Source: Daphnia carinata (taxonomy: Eukaryota). Taken from it: 64,000 nt of DNA. The translations under genes and the position numbers were made by a program. The notes beneath the pieces were generated by a model that was not told where the DNA came from, ran no database searches, and worked only from the letters and a program-made list of their open reading frames with translations. This document shows positions 26,601 to 38,574 of this stretch, in pieces; the first letter of the stretch is position 1, and the number at the start of each line of letters is the position of its first letter. The stretch covers positions 3,968,001-4,032,000 of the forward strand of contig NC_081333.1 of assembly GCF_022539665.2 (NCBI RefSeq), read 5' to 3'.

Positions 26601-28434
26601 CCATTCATTAAAATGAGAAATCCTTACCTTTTTGACAGTCGTCATTGTTCCAGCAAAGTCTTCGTCCATCACCACCAGCTGGACAACGATCAGGACATTT
26701 GGGACATTCACTGGCCTTTTTATTACCCTGAAAACAGAACGAAAACAAATGGGATGAAAAATGAGATGAGACGAACCAGGAACAAGATACCAGTACGAGA
26801 ATAAAATATCAGCTAAGATTTTCTGCCGAGCGGGTTCGATGCCGGCAGAAGTTACCAGAGACCGGAAGAGTCGGAGATATTCGACTTCCGCTCACCCAAC
26901 ATCTCCATCTTCTAGTTTCAGTTCAGCTATTTACGTTCGAAGATTTCGGATGATACTGGCCATTAAAAGGGATCTCATTTATCTTAATCCACTAGATGGC
27001 ACTAGAAATCCTCAACATATTCTTTATATCAACCCCGATTCAACTTTCGCAAACAAACAAACAAAAACCAGTTTCGGACCCACGGCCTGAACAAGAATGT
27101 CACACAGAGACACTTCCAGCTACGGCATTATACGCAGTACTTGCGATCCAAATAATAATAACAATAACCTGAATGAAATGATTGAGGCGTCCAGAATGAC
27201 CAATCCGGCCCCAGTCGATTGATTCCACGTAGCAAAGATTTGGATTTTTCTCAATCAAGACGGAACCGCGCTGCAATTCCGCCAAAGATCTAAGTCCGAT
27301 TTCCTGTTCAATTCCCAATAAAACAACGATTAGAATAGCAACACTTAAAGAAATGTAATATTCAAGAAAAGGATGAACAGACTCACCTGTAATTGCACCA
27401 GTTCATATACGACAAAAGAGAAGTCAAAAAGAAGTTGCTGGCCGCGAATGACAGCCAAATTTGGGAAGAGCTGTCCGATAGAGCGTAGCCCGAAGACGCG
27501 ATAAAACAGCAAATAGCCCGTGATTTCCCGAAGAGCCGGAAAACTGCGATTATTCAAGTCGGCGGCTAATTCCATATTCTCCATTAAAACAATATGAAGA
27601 AAGCCTTCCACAACGCGGCAGCCCTCCAATTCCACAAACTGTTGGGGGCCATTTCGAACTTCTATACTGGGACAAACTGGAGCAAAACAAGAAAAAAATG
27701 GTCAACCAAACATTCTTTTCCGTTCAGTGGGTGTGGACCGCACGTATTTTGCTTTGAATGACGCACAGAAACGACGTCCCTTCTCGAACATTTTTGGATC
27801 AAATCTTTTCCTAGTCACGAGACCAGGACACAGGACAAAAAGCAAGTTTAGACTTCGTTGTTTGTCTAGGATTTTGTGAAAATAACGAAATCTCTTGTTT
27901 TTTTCCCCTTCTGATTCCAAATCTGTCAACGAAATGTAGCGTAAAATGGACATTCATTTTTTATCTGCAAGAATTCGATTTATCAAGTCAACACATCTCA
28001 TTCAGGACACCTGACTTGTCTGTGACGTCACGCATGTGTGTGTTTGTTGTTTTCAACCTCAGGCTGATAATGAGGGCGGATGTGACGATATTTGTTGACT
28101 TTCTCGTTACAACTATCACGTAACATGACGTCAATGACTTACTCTCTTGCTCTCGTAGAGGCCGATAGACGTCGATGGAGGAACTGGGAAGAGGTGCCTG
28201 AAGCGAAGAGAGCAAAGAGGCTTCGAGCCAATCCAAAGTGATCAAGAAAACGACGACAGTAACAAGGAAAGAGCATCCACGTCGTCGAGTCCTTAATGTT
28301 GGACATGTGTTTCGATCAACTTGACGGAACAGGCCGCCAATCAAACGATCCGGTTCATGGGTTATCCGTTCTTCAACAATCATTTTGTCTGTCATTTTCA
28401 CTTCTTTGCACTGGCACCTTTTTTCTCCTTTCAT
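20622..28434 (-). CDS. InR: Insulin-like peptide receptor, paralog B (~1591 aa); exons 28143-28434, 27387-27676, 27169-27303, 26628-26727, 25611-25810, 25188-25316, 25033-25108, 24680-24968, 24205-24609, 23952-24142, 23713-23883, 23347-23632, 22954-23279, 22743-22885, 22509-22670, 22296-22452, 22023-22230, 21791-21962, 21251-21727, 20622-21188
   Basis: Same domain order and the same 19 intron positions as copy A. Motifs include [26 protein letters not shown] and the canonical [19 protein letters not shown]. The spliced length of 4776 nt is in frame. Confidence 0.96.
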
Positions 28435-29879
28435 TTATTTTTTTTTTTTTTTAGCTGTTTGATACGTGTGTTTAAATTCAACCGGTATCCATAGTATCCA
28501 CCGGTTTCCAACCCTAGAAATAAAAAAAAAAAAATACAAACTTCAATACGAATCATTCTTATTCTTATCATTAGATTGCTTTGAGACTTCCAACCTATCT
28601 TGTTATCTTCACCACTCGCTTTAAAAAACAACAACAAAAATGAATTCGAAACATTTTAGACATAAACATTCCGTATTTCAATTCTATCTTTCTCTGTCCA
28701 GATGGAATCTATTGAAATTATTTATGAATCGTGAGGCATAGGAGATGAAATCAGCGGAAAAAGAGATTGCTCATTCGCTAGGGAAGAGTCTAGTTGGTTC
28801 AATGACCGATTGCATTTGTTGTTCATTTAAAAAAAATATATATATATTTATCTTATGCGCAGACCTTCAGTTAAGCCATTTCCTCCTAGCTCCGACCTTC
28901 AAACTAACTGTTCGTGACTATTTCACATTCCACCCGCAAGGCACAAGTGAGGCATTCCATTCATTCCGCGTGACATTGCGTCTGGTCCATTTATTTTATT
29001 CTTAGACACGACGAACATTCGACTCGAAAGCAAAACAAATTTGGTAAACTGCCGAAACAAAAAACTAGTCGCAGCTCGTTTTGCCTGATTAACCGAGTGA
29101 CTGTTCAACTACTAGAGAAAATTCATTTGTGATTTTAAACGCAGTCGGTTTTGGCAAGTTACTCTTCACTCCTATAAACAAAATAATATTTCGTGTGTAG
29201 TTCATTGCCCCCACGAGCTCCGTTTCATCCAACAGTTCCGAGAATAAGAATGGCAATCTGACATTTCTCAATACGAGGAATTGAACGTTAGAAAAAAAAA
29301 ATGATATCCCATTCAACAGTTCTTGTAATAGCGATTTCTTTTTAAATTCTTGGCATCACGTGGCGCCGACCGCAGAGGTCACTTCCACCTGCTGGCGCCC
29401 AGGCCATTTCCCTGTCGGGAAAATCCAAAAATACTTGCAACCCAATAAAAAAAGAAACAAAAAAGGCACGGTATAAAAAAATATTAAAACGGGGAGGCGA
29501 AAATGGGTCAAGTGAATTCAACGAGATCAAACGGATCGACCAAGTCCGCATACACAGGAAAAAAAAATCCTTTTTTATGCCCTAGTTAGCAATAATCACC
29601 CCTTTTTTTTGTTGGTACATTACGATTGGCCATTACGATGTTATCTGATGACACTGGCAAGCAGACAAACCCAAACAATAGCGTTTTGTTTCGTCTAACG
29701 TGAGAGCGACCAACCAAAAACTGCGTCCGTTTGCTCTTGCGTCAACGGAAGCGACGCCGGCGGGCCGTCTACGTCACGGACTAAACAGATGTTTTCCTTC
29801 TGTTCAACTCCAAATGGGTGCCATCAACCTCATTCAGAAATTTTTCATCACGATAGATCCGGTTCCGAAACCAAACTCC

Positions 29880-30550
29880 CCTTTATTTCGTCGCTTCGTC
29901 GTAAAGATTTCACGTTTCACGCCAGTTACGGTTAGATGCGGGCCAGTCTAAATTTAGATGACGATGGCTATGAAATGGCGTCGTACCGAGTCATCGTCTG
30001 GTTTTGTCTTTGAAATGATCTCAGCCACGCCTTCCTCGATTTCCAACGTGGGCGTGGTTTTGTTTTTCGCCATGACGTCACATGTTCACACCCCCTTCTC
30101 CAAAACGCTGTTCTATCGATCCTAAACTCCTCGCGTAGGAAATGATGTGGGACGTGACGTCACGACGCCAAACGAAACTGAATTATTCTCAAAAGGCCGT
30201 CAGAGGTCGTGGTTTAATACGACGCACGTTTCCCGTGTACAATGTGTATGGTGTGTGCGTAAATAAAAGGAAGAAAACACGCATTTTTGATGGGTTCATA
30301 CCTTCAGTGACAGCTAGCGCCACCGCTACAGCTCCAGACACTGGTCAATATCCAACGGACGCCGTGTCGGTGTTGTTTCTCTCGCCGAATCCCGGCCACT
30401 CCAACACGCAATTCATCACACGAAGAATCCGAACTACATGAAGAACTTCGCAAAACAAACGAATAAAGGAATGAAATGTTTCGATGAAAACGCACGACGC
30501 AAAAGATGGCGACCGTACTATAACGTATGGATTTAGGGAAAACGAGATTT
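29880..30550 (-). promoter_or_regulatory. Conserved upstream non-coding block of InR-B with TGACGTCA at 30073-30080 and 30155-30162
   Basis: Paralogous to 13540-14250. The function is inferred. Confidence 0.5.
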
Positions 30551-32993
30551 GAAGCACTGAACTGTTTCACCAGCTACTAGGAGGGGCGATCTCACTTTAA
30601 AGATTTGTTCAATAATATCTCGGGTTTTCCCGTTCCTCTTCCAACGTACAAGACACACCAGACAATTACGCACTGTAACTGAAGAGTTTGTTTGATTGTT
30701 CGAAGTTCCCGTTTTACGGGTATTTCCAGCGGCAGAAACACACTTTGTTTGCTTTCTTTAGATGACCATTGAGATAGACAAATCCCGTAAAGCGATATGA
30801 CGACGAAAACACTGCATAGCAGAAAACAAAACGGCGACACTCATTCCGAGATCCCTGCTACTACTGCTGGTTATGCCAAGGTTGCTTATTGCGTCGTAGG
30901 GGCAGGCACCAGCGTTTGGGCTTTGGGTGGGCGGGAGCTGTGTATGTTGCACCATTTTTTTTATACTATCACAGATGCCAAACACCATCTAACGGTCAGC
31001 ATTATAACTATTCAAAGAATGCACAAGCCAATGCGTCAGCTGCAGTACATGCAGGAAGATAGGGAGACACGAAACAAATAAAAACGTACAAAGTCAAGAA
31101 AAACCGTTAGGCAGGTAGAACCGGTTGATGTTATTCTGTTTTTCGTTTCCTTTCCAATCACTGTAGCATCAAGGACGAAGCAGTGCTTTCTACTTGGTTA
31201 GATCTTTGAGATGCCGGAGGGAATATGGAAAAGAAGGCTGATCCCTTCGTACCACGCACATGCCAATTTACATCCGGTCTGTGCTGAATCGTTGGTATGA
31301 GGAAGAGCTGGCGGCGGTGCGAATAACAGCTCGTTCCTAAAAAATAATTTGCGCATACGTGTCAACGTCTTCTGGCAGATCCTGAGGCAATTCCGAACTA
31401 CATCTACTCTGCCATCGGCTGCCCGACATCCACTGAGAGTTCGGGGAAACAAAAACAAAACATCCAAATTCCGCCAATAGTTTCGATAATACAATGGGTA
31501 CGTAGGCTAGCGGATGTCACTCAGGATCTCATGACGCGACAATTAGTCCTTGCGATTTCTGAAATTTTCATTACCACCACAAAAACTCGGAAGTTGTTGT
31601 CGCCGATGACATTTGAGTACTTGCGAAATACCAACTCAACAGCATATTTCAGATCGAGTAAAAACTTCTATCGATAGCGTTACAGTTCCCACAAAAATGT
31701 TTGTTTTGTTTTGATTTTCTGTCCTTGTTTTTTCACTATTTCTGCTCCTAGTCAGTGCAATCAATTCCGAATCAGAGCTTCAGCTCGAGGCTATCACATT
31801 TTCAAAAATGCTCTGACTAGAGCCATCACCCTCGGCACGTAGCTTGCAAGATCTTCAAACCATTTTACCAAGCGTCTGACTCCCGGAGTGATCTAAAAAA
31901 TATATCTTGTTTCAATTTTAACGCAGTTAAATGATAAGACAAATGCGTAAAACCTTCTGCTGTCCAAGCAAAACATTGCAAGACAAGGAGGCCATTCATT
32001 CTCTGAAGATTCAATTACCGGTTCACGAAGAACAACGAAGTTGAGAAATCAATTCAATTGATCTTGCGTTGCCCTTTGGCGTCGTAAAGCCTTTTTTTTG
32101 TTGCCTTCTTTTTGTTATTCTCCTGCTGTTTGTCCGGTGCGTGTGTCCTTGTTTTGGAATCGATGAATCGTTCTCATTATTTTTTGCTTTTGCTTTGACG
32201 TATGAAGGCAATAACAAAAACAAATATTCCATTGGGTTTTCTTTCGTACCGCCAGATGACAGCAGTGTAAAAGGCTGAAAAATAAAAACAAATAAGTAAA
32301 AAAGGTAATAAACAAAGCATTGCTTTGTACTTGAATGATTCTTTAATTAGCAATTTTTACTAGTGATCAAAAGCTATGCTAGGATCACTGAAGGATAAAT
32401 ACCACATTCTATTGTTCAAGGTTTTGAAGCGATCAGCGTTAAAGTTGTAGGTAATAAAATGTTGTTGTACTACACCAATCGGGATGGAAAACGTGCCGGT
32501 CAAATGAAAGCGAAAAATGCTTTGAGTGCTTATTGTCTGATTTGCCTAGTCTCCCACGATGAACACATAAGCTTATCATAATGGATACCGTACCTTGTGG
32601 TGGGTGTGGTTGATCTAATTTTTCGCTCTGGATAACTTTTTTTCACAGGTTCGGGAAATACTGATTCACTGGCAAACACCCATCTCTTTCCATTTATAGA
32701 TATTTTTATGTTGTGTTGAGTTATTAAAAAAATTTTACGCACATGAAAAAGCTGGAATAATATGGTGGTTGCATCAGTGAAAACTGAAAGAATACCCCTC
32801 TTGCAATGCTTCTTGTTCTGTGATACCCACCTAACGTATACATTTTGAAAAACCCAGGTTTCTCATAGGCTCTCACATGACTCATATTGAGTCACTTCTC
32901 CCGTATCAAACAATAGAGGTAGCCACATATATGATTTGTTCTGCTTCCACGAAATTAAAAATGTCTTTTAATTGTACTCCTATAGATTCAAAA

Positions 32994-33401
32994 ATGGTAA
33001 CAAACAAAACACTTGCCAAAGTAGCAGTGGCAGGAGGATTTTTGGCCCTGGGTTCTGCTAGCTACTTCCGCTGGAAAATTGAAACGTCCATCAAGCAATC
33101 GGCTTACTTTAAATTGGCCATCGAAAGGCTTCTCGCCAGCAAAACTGCAGTTGACGTCTTGGGCGAACCTGTCCTAATCGGTAGCATAGATCTAGGTGAT
33201 ACGAAAAGAAATTTCTGTGACGGCCTTGAGGCGCGATTTCAAGTCTCAGTCAGAGGGCCCAAAAGTACAGGAATCATGGCGTTTGAGGCCTCGAGAAATC
33301 CATCCAGTCAGCCAGAATGGAGAATAAACTTGGTCGAGCTCATGGACAAGGAGGCCACGAGGAAACTCGTCATTGAGAGCCCCACCTTAGTGGTCGATTG
33401 A
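32994..33401 (+). CDS. COA1: Cytochrome c oxidase assembly factor 1 (COA1/Tim21-like family) homolog, ~135 aa, single coding exon
   Basis: An N-terminal TM segment is followed by 'YFKLAIERL...AVDVLGEPV...ARFQVSVRGPKSTG...W.I..VEL', the layout I recognise for COA1. The ATG at 32994 lies just after an AG acceptor-like site. Confidence 0.75.
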   Translation: MVTNKTLAKVAVAGGFLALGSASYFRWKIETSIKQSAYFKLAIERLLASKTAVDVLGEPVLIGSIDLGDTKRNFCDGLEARFQVSVRGPKSTGIMAFEASRNPSSQPEWRINLVELMDKEATRKLVIESPTLVVD

Positions 33402-34277
33402 AAACTAGTTTTGGTTAACAAATTGTAAAAAAATAAAATAAAATACGATTCAATGTTGTTTGAGGAGGGGTACTCATCTAAAAGAATTTATTACTCGATA
33501 CCCATATAGATGTTATTGTTATTGTACATGGATTTTTTTTATTTGTCTCATTAAAAAAAAAGTAAAGGAGAGATGCAGCCGCATTCGGAATCGCCATTCG
33601 AGGGAGAGGCGGGGTTTAACAATTGAATTCTTTTCAACAAAAATTCGAATTTAAATGGTCGATATCCGTTTGCATATCTGTACAGGGTCTACATCAAGTA
33701 TCCTTTCTTCACGGTTGATAGTGGGTGTTTCCTCTTTTCTTATCCTGTTTTTAAGTATCCAACTCGACGTGAATGTTTTCTCTTATTCATCTCCATTGCA
33801 ATGGCCCACAGTTTTTTTTTCTGAAGACAAAACGGGAAGGGAACAAAAGCATAAAATTTTTTAGGACTTGAAACAAAAAGAAAATTGATTTTCACTGCAG
33901 ACACTGGGGAAAAGATGAAATTTTTGCTTTGGGTTATGCAAACAAGTCAATTATCATTTTAAAAAATTAGCAGGATCTGATACATTCTTTTTAAAATGAT
34001 TGGATAAGTAAAAGAAAAAAACAGTTTTACGTTGGTGTCTTGTGACATACGTAAAAGCACGTTACAGCGAGTTAGAGTAAATAAGGAGATTAAAAACCGA
34101 ATAACATAATAAAAAGGGTCGGGGAGAATTTGATTGAGACTCGGGGTTGTCGTTTCTTTAAAAACAAATTTAAAATAAATTTCGGAGAGACAAACGGGAG
34201 GGCTTTTTTTTTAAATAATATCTAGAAAATATTTTTGTATGCAAGATGTTTGGTTGATTTGCTTGATGACCTTCGAT

Positions 34278-37045
34278 TTAAGCCAGCAATCTGGCGACAA
34301 CGACGGACAGGATCAGTGCCATCATTGAAGCCATCATAGTCGATCCACTTGCGGTAGGATCTAAAAATAAATAAAAATAAATTTTAAATGTTTGCAACAA
34401 GAAACACGTTAAAAAATAAATGCATAACAGGCAACATGCGTTTCGTTTCCATGCGATTAATCTCAACTAATCACTGGACTATGAAAAAAAAAAGCTACTA
34501 GTAAATACCGAGTTGCTATGGAACAGACACGCGCGCACGATATTAAAAAAAAAAACACAATCTCTCTGTTACGATTTGAGCTCGTGCAATCGTGCAAGAG
34601 CTGCCTAACCTTCCGTCGTTTCATCGTAATCATCGTCATCGTCATCATCGTCGTCATTGTGATGCGTCATGGAGGTTGGATGGGGGCTAGATGATCCATG
34701 ATCGTCATCATCGTCTTCCATTTCGTCCGTGGTGTCCTCCACCGCCCCAACAGCACCGGCTTGTTGGTGGTGGTGGTGGTGATGCTCATCTTCATCATCA
34801 TCGTCATCCTCGTCTTCGTCGTCATCATCTTTCACATCATCGGCCGTGTTTTGCTCAGCCATGTGACCACCGCTCTTGTGGTGATCGTCTTTTTCGATCT
34901 TGACGTGTTTGACTGGCTTGGTGGCAGCCGCCGTATCGAGCTGATGATTGGCTTCATCTTCATCGTCTTCGTCATCGTCGTCATCGTCTTCAGAATCCAC
35001 GGCTGGCCCATCTCCCATCATCTCATTCCAATCGGCCTGCTCTTGAGCCACCGCCTGATCTTGCTGATATGCATAGCCGGCCAATCCCACCAACCCCACA
35101 ATTTGGCTTCTCTCTTCATCTTCTTCGTTGCTATCTTCGTTGGACAATTCGTCGATCGCATCGTGCACGAGATCGTCCTTGGACATGTAGGTCAGCTGCA
35201 CTAGCTCCGCGTCTTCTTTTTTTTTATGCCGAGAAGATTTCACGCCAAAGAAAAACCATTAAAAGAGATGTGGAAAAAAAAAAAGGCCAGCTGCTATATA
35301 GTTTGCGCGTAGAAAACACACGCTAACCCCGGCCTTATTGCTGAGGAAAAGAGGGAGAGAGACCTCATCAATCTCTAACATTCGTAAAAACTTTCTCTTT
35401 TCGAGATTTTTTTTTCTTGAACACAGTTTTAGCGTTTGTGAGAAAAGTCTTCCAATGGATGACCGACATTCATCGAATCTTTTTTTTTCTTTAATGTGTT
35501 TGTTTGCTTTTTTTCCGTCTGTCATTTTTTCCCACGCAACATCTAGCCGGATGACTGGACGCTTTGATGATGTAATGATAAGTCAACAATGGCGAAACAG
35601 AGAGAAACAAAAGGCACCACAACGTGCCCTTCATCCGTAGAACCTGTTAGTATGCCTTTTACTCTTCCATATTTCTTTTTCTTTTGACGGGAAAAGCTCG
35701 AAAAAAAATCTAAGCTCTCACTGGAATAGAACGCGAGAATTGCGAGACGTCGGCGCCAATGACGATATAATCGTGGGAATCGTGGCATTTTTTTTTTTTT
35801 TCGACTGGAGAATAAGCGAATGCAGAAAAAAGTGAAAACACACTCATTGCACGGGCAGTTAACTTTGCGAGTGTGTACCCATTTTAAAAACGAAAAAAAA
35901 ACCGCGTCGTTGGGTGCAGGTTTCGTGCGTGCGAAAAGAGTGTCCGGGAATCGGCCAAATAATAAAAAAAAAAAGGACGGCCACACCTTCATTGGCCGTT
36001 CTAAACGCGTATACGTTATCCACGTATTACAAATTCTTTATGAGGTAGTGGTTGACGTAAAACCCTCAAGAAATTCCTTTTATTGGCTTATTGTCTTTTT
36101 CTTTTAAAGGTCTGCTGGCCTCATTCTTCTGCCTCTCACGCACAGACCAACACACCTTTTTCTTGTTTTTCGGTTATTATTATATCCGCCCTTGAATGCG
36201 CGAATGATTGAAAAAAAGTAAGAACGGAATAGGTACCTCGATTTTCAGCTGGTCGAACTGATTGCTGCTGCTGGATACTATTGACATTCGATTCCTCTTC
36301 GACGTTGGCCTTGGTTTCCTCAACGGGTTTCAGCACGGAATCCTCATTGCGGTTGGGTTTCTGAAGATCCTGGGATAGTTAAATGATACCATGTGTAAGG
36401 TGGAACGTCGAAAAAGCATCATGCGTTTGTGTTTTCTTTGATTTGTTTTACCTGCAGATCAGTGACATCAGAATCAACAGGCTCAACAGGTTTGGGTTCA
36501 GGTTTAGGCTCGGGTTGCGGTTCCGGTTTAGGTTCGGGTTGGGGTTCTGGCATAGGCTCAGGTTTGGATTCAGGTTCAGGTTCAGGTTCGGGCTCGGGTT
36601 GCGGCTCGGGTTGCGGCTCGGGTTGAGGTTCGGGTTGAGGTTCAGGTTGAGGTTCGGGTTGGGGCTCAGGTTTGGGTTCAGGTTTGGGCTCGGGTTCAGG
36701 CTCGGGTTGAGGCTGTGGCTGCTGGTAATCGGGTTGCGCTTGTGGCTCTTTATCGTCTAATGGAACGACGATAGGAGCGGCATCTGTCGTCGTTGTTGTC
36801 GTCGTGGTCGATGTCGTCGATGTCGTCGTTGTTTTGAGCAATTGTTTCTTGTCTGCCGAAGATGAAACAGAAGCCGAGGCCGATTGCTGGACGGAAGAGG
36901 ATGAAAACGAAGCCGAAACGGACGAGCTGCTCGACATGGTCTGACTGTCGGTTTCGCCGGCTGGCATCGATGCAACCAAACCGGCTAAAAAGCAGCAGAC
37001 CAAAGCCACTATTGCCATTCGCCTACTTCTTCTCGATGACGTCAT
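34278..37045 (-). CDS. Uncharacterised secreted, probably GPI-anchored low-complexity protein (466 aa); exons 36452-37045, 36237-36369, 34610-35200, 34278-34360
   Basis: Signal peptide ([17 protein letters not shown]), S/T-rich stretch, (PE/PQ/PK)n repeat, and D/E/H-rich blocks. The C-terminus '[27 protein letters not shown]' looks like a GPI signal. Introns are GT-AG and the spliced 1401 nt is in frame. Confidence 0.82.
36490..36740 (-). repeat. Coding tandem repeat (6/12-nt units) encoding Pro-Glu/Pro-Gln/Pro-Lys dipeptides
   Basis: Repeated ggttca/ggctcg/ggttga/ggttcg units on the plus strand. Confidence 0.9.
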
Positions 37046-38543
37046 TCTCGTATTCTAATGACAAGAGGGAAAAGAAAAATTATTTAAATTAAATATGTAT
37101 TTATGTACGTAATAGACATCATTCCTCAAAAGATGGATCGTGGGAGGTCGCATATTTTCTCGGACATCCCAACGCAACCCCAAAAGAAAAAAAAAAAAAG
37201 AATTCCCTTTCTCCTCATTTCCCGATAGTTTTGAAAACCTGCCAGAGGAATGAATCAATCCTGGCAGGGATGCGTCTATATAGCCTTCAGCTGAAAATAT
37301 TAAAAAACGAGGTTTAGTGCGACGACACAATTCCCGATAGTGTACTGTTCCACACGGACGCAAGCCACATAACAATCCGTGATGGACTTGACGTTATTAT
37401 TATTACTTCCTCTGCAAAACAATTTTGTACATTTATTTTAGTTTCGTGGCTAGTTAGCGCAAATTCACTAGTGTCTAGTCTTAAAAAAAAAAATAATAAT
37501 AATTTTCACTTTGAACAAATTTATTGCCATTTTTTTTTTCTTGACCAACGCGGAAAAGGAGCTTTATAAAAATAGAGGCGCTACTTGTTTCATAGCTGGT
37601 GGTTTTGCAGCACGGAGAGCATTTGCGGTTTCTTTGGGGGGGACCCAGGACAAAAAGGGATGCAATTGCTGCTGATGTTTGGATAAGGATAGGTAGGTGG
37701 ATAGGTTTAGCCGATCGGAACGCGACGCGCACAGTGACAGAGCAACGCAACACCAAAAATATATACAGACACAACCCCCCCCCCCCCTCGTCTATATATG
37801 TGTCCAGTCTTTTTTGTGTCTAACGATGCTATCGATGAGATTAGAAGCAAGAGTCCGGGAATCCAGGCCAGCTAGCTCATTTCCAATCCAGCTGCTGTTG
37901 TCATCCGGACCGGCGCCAGAAATACACACAACAACAACGGCAGGAAATGGCAGTCCGGGGTCTTTTGGAACACTCCAAAAGTTTCAAAAAAAAAAAAAGA
38001 TACCTTTGAAAGATGTGTGACGAGAGGTGTTAAAAAAAAACAACTATGATGGCCGAAAAAGAGGTGCGCATTGTTCAAAAAGAAAATGTCGTGTTTTGAG
38101 TTCCAGTCTGTTTAGCACATTTGGTTTTTTTTTTCTTTCGAATGTAATCGCCATAGGAAAGAGAAATTGATTTGATTAGCACACGAAGATGAACTGGCAG
38201 CAAGAATAATGATAAAGAAAATGCCCTCGTTTTAATTCGATTTTCTCTTCTTGTCCGCTGTAATAGCCAAATATGTGGGTCACGACCTGCACCGGCGGAA
38301 ATGAACATTTTCCTTCTAGAAATGAACGGCTCATTTTTAAAAAAATTTTTTTTTCTTGGCTCAAAAAGAAAAAAATTCTTCCAACAGCTTCTCTTTCGTC
38401 TTTCGTTTCAGCCGCAAAATGGTGAGCTCCACGACGCATTCTTTTGTGTACGCAAGTAATGACTAAGGTTATATAGAAGGAGGTAACGTCTGAAAATGGC
38501 TGACGGTATTTTACACACACAAAAAATAAATTAGCATCTCAAA

Positions 38544-38574
<31 letters not shown>

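Noticed and set aside
32877..32993. 39-aa N-terminal extension of COA1 in the ORF track
   Set aside because: It looks like intron or UTR sequence (AT-rich, ending in an AG acceptor just before the ATG at 32994).
34698..35204. 168-aa very hydrophobic plus-strand ORF, and the Gly/Phe/Arg-rich ORFs at 36383-36760
   Set aside because: These are antisense shadows of the Asp-rich and Pro-Glu repeat coding sequence on the minus strand.
36490..36740. Regularly spaced repeats as a CRISPR-like array
   Set aside because: This is a coding tandem repeat without unique spacers, in a eukaryotic context with no cas genes.
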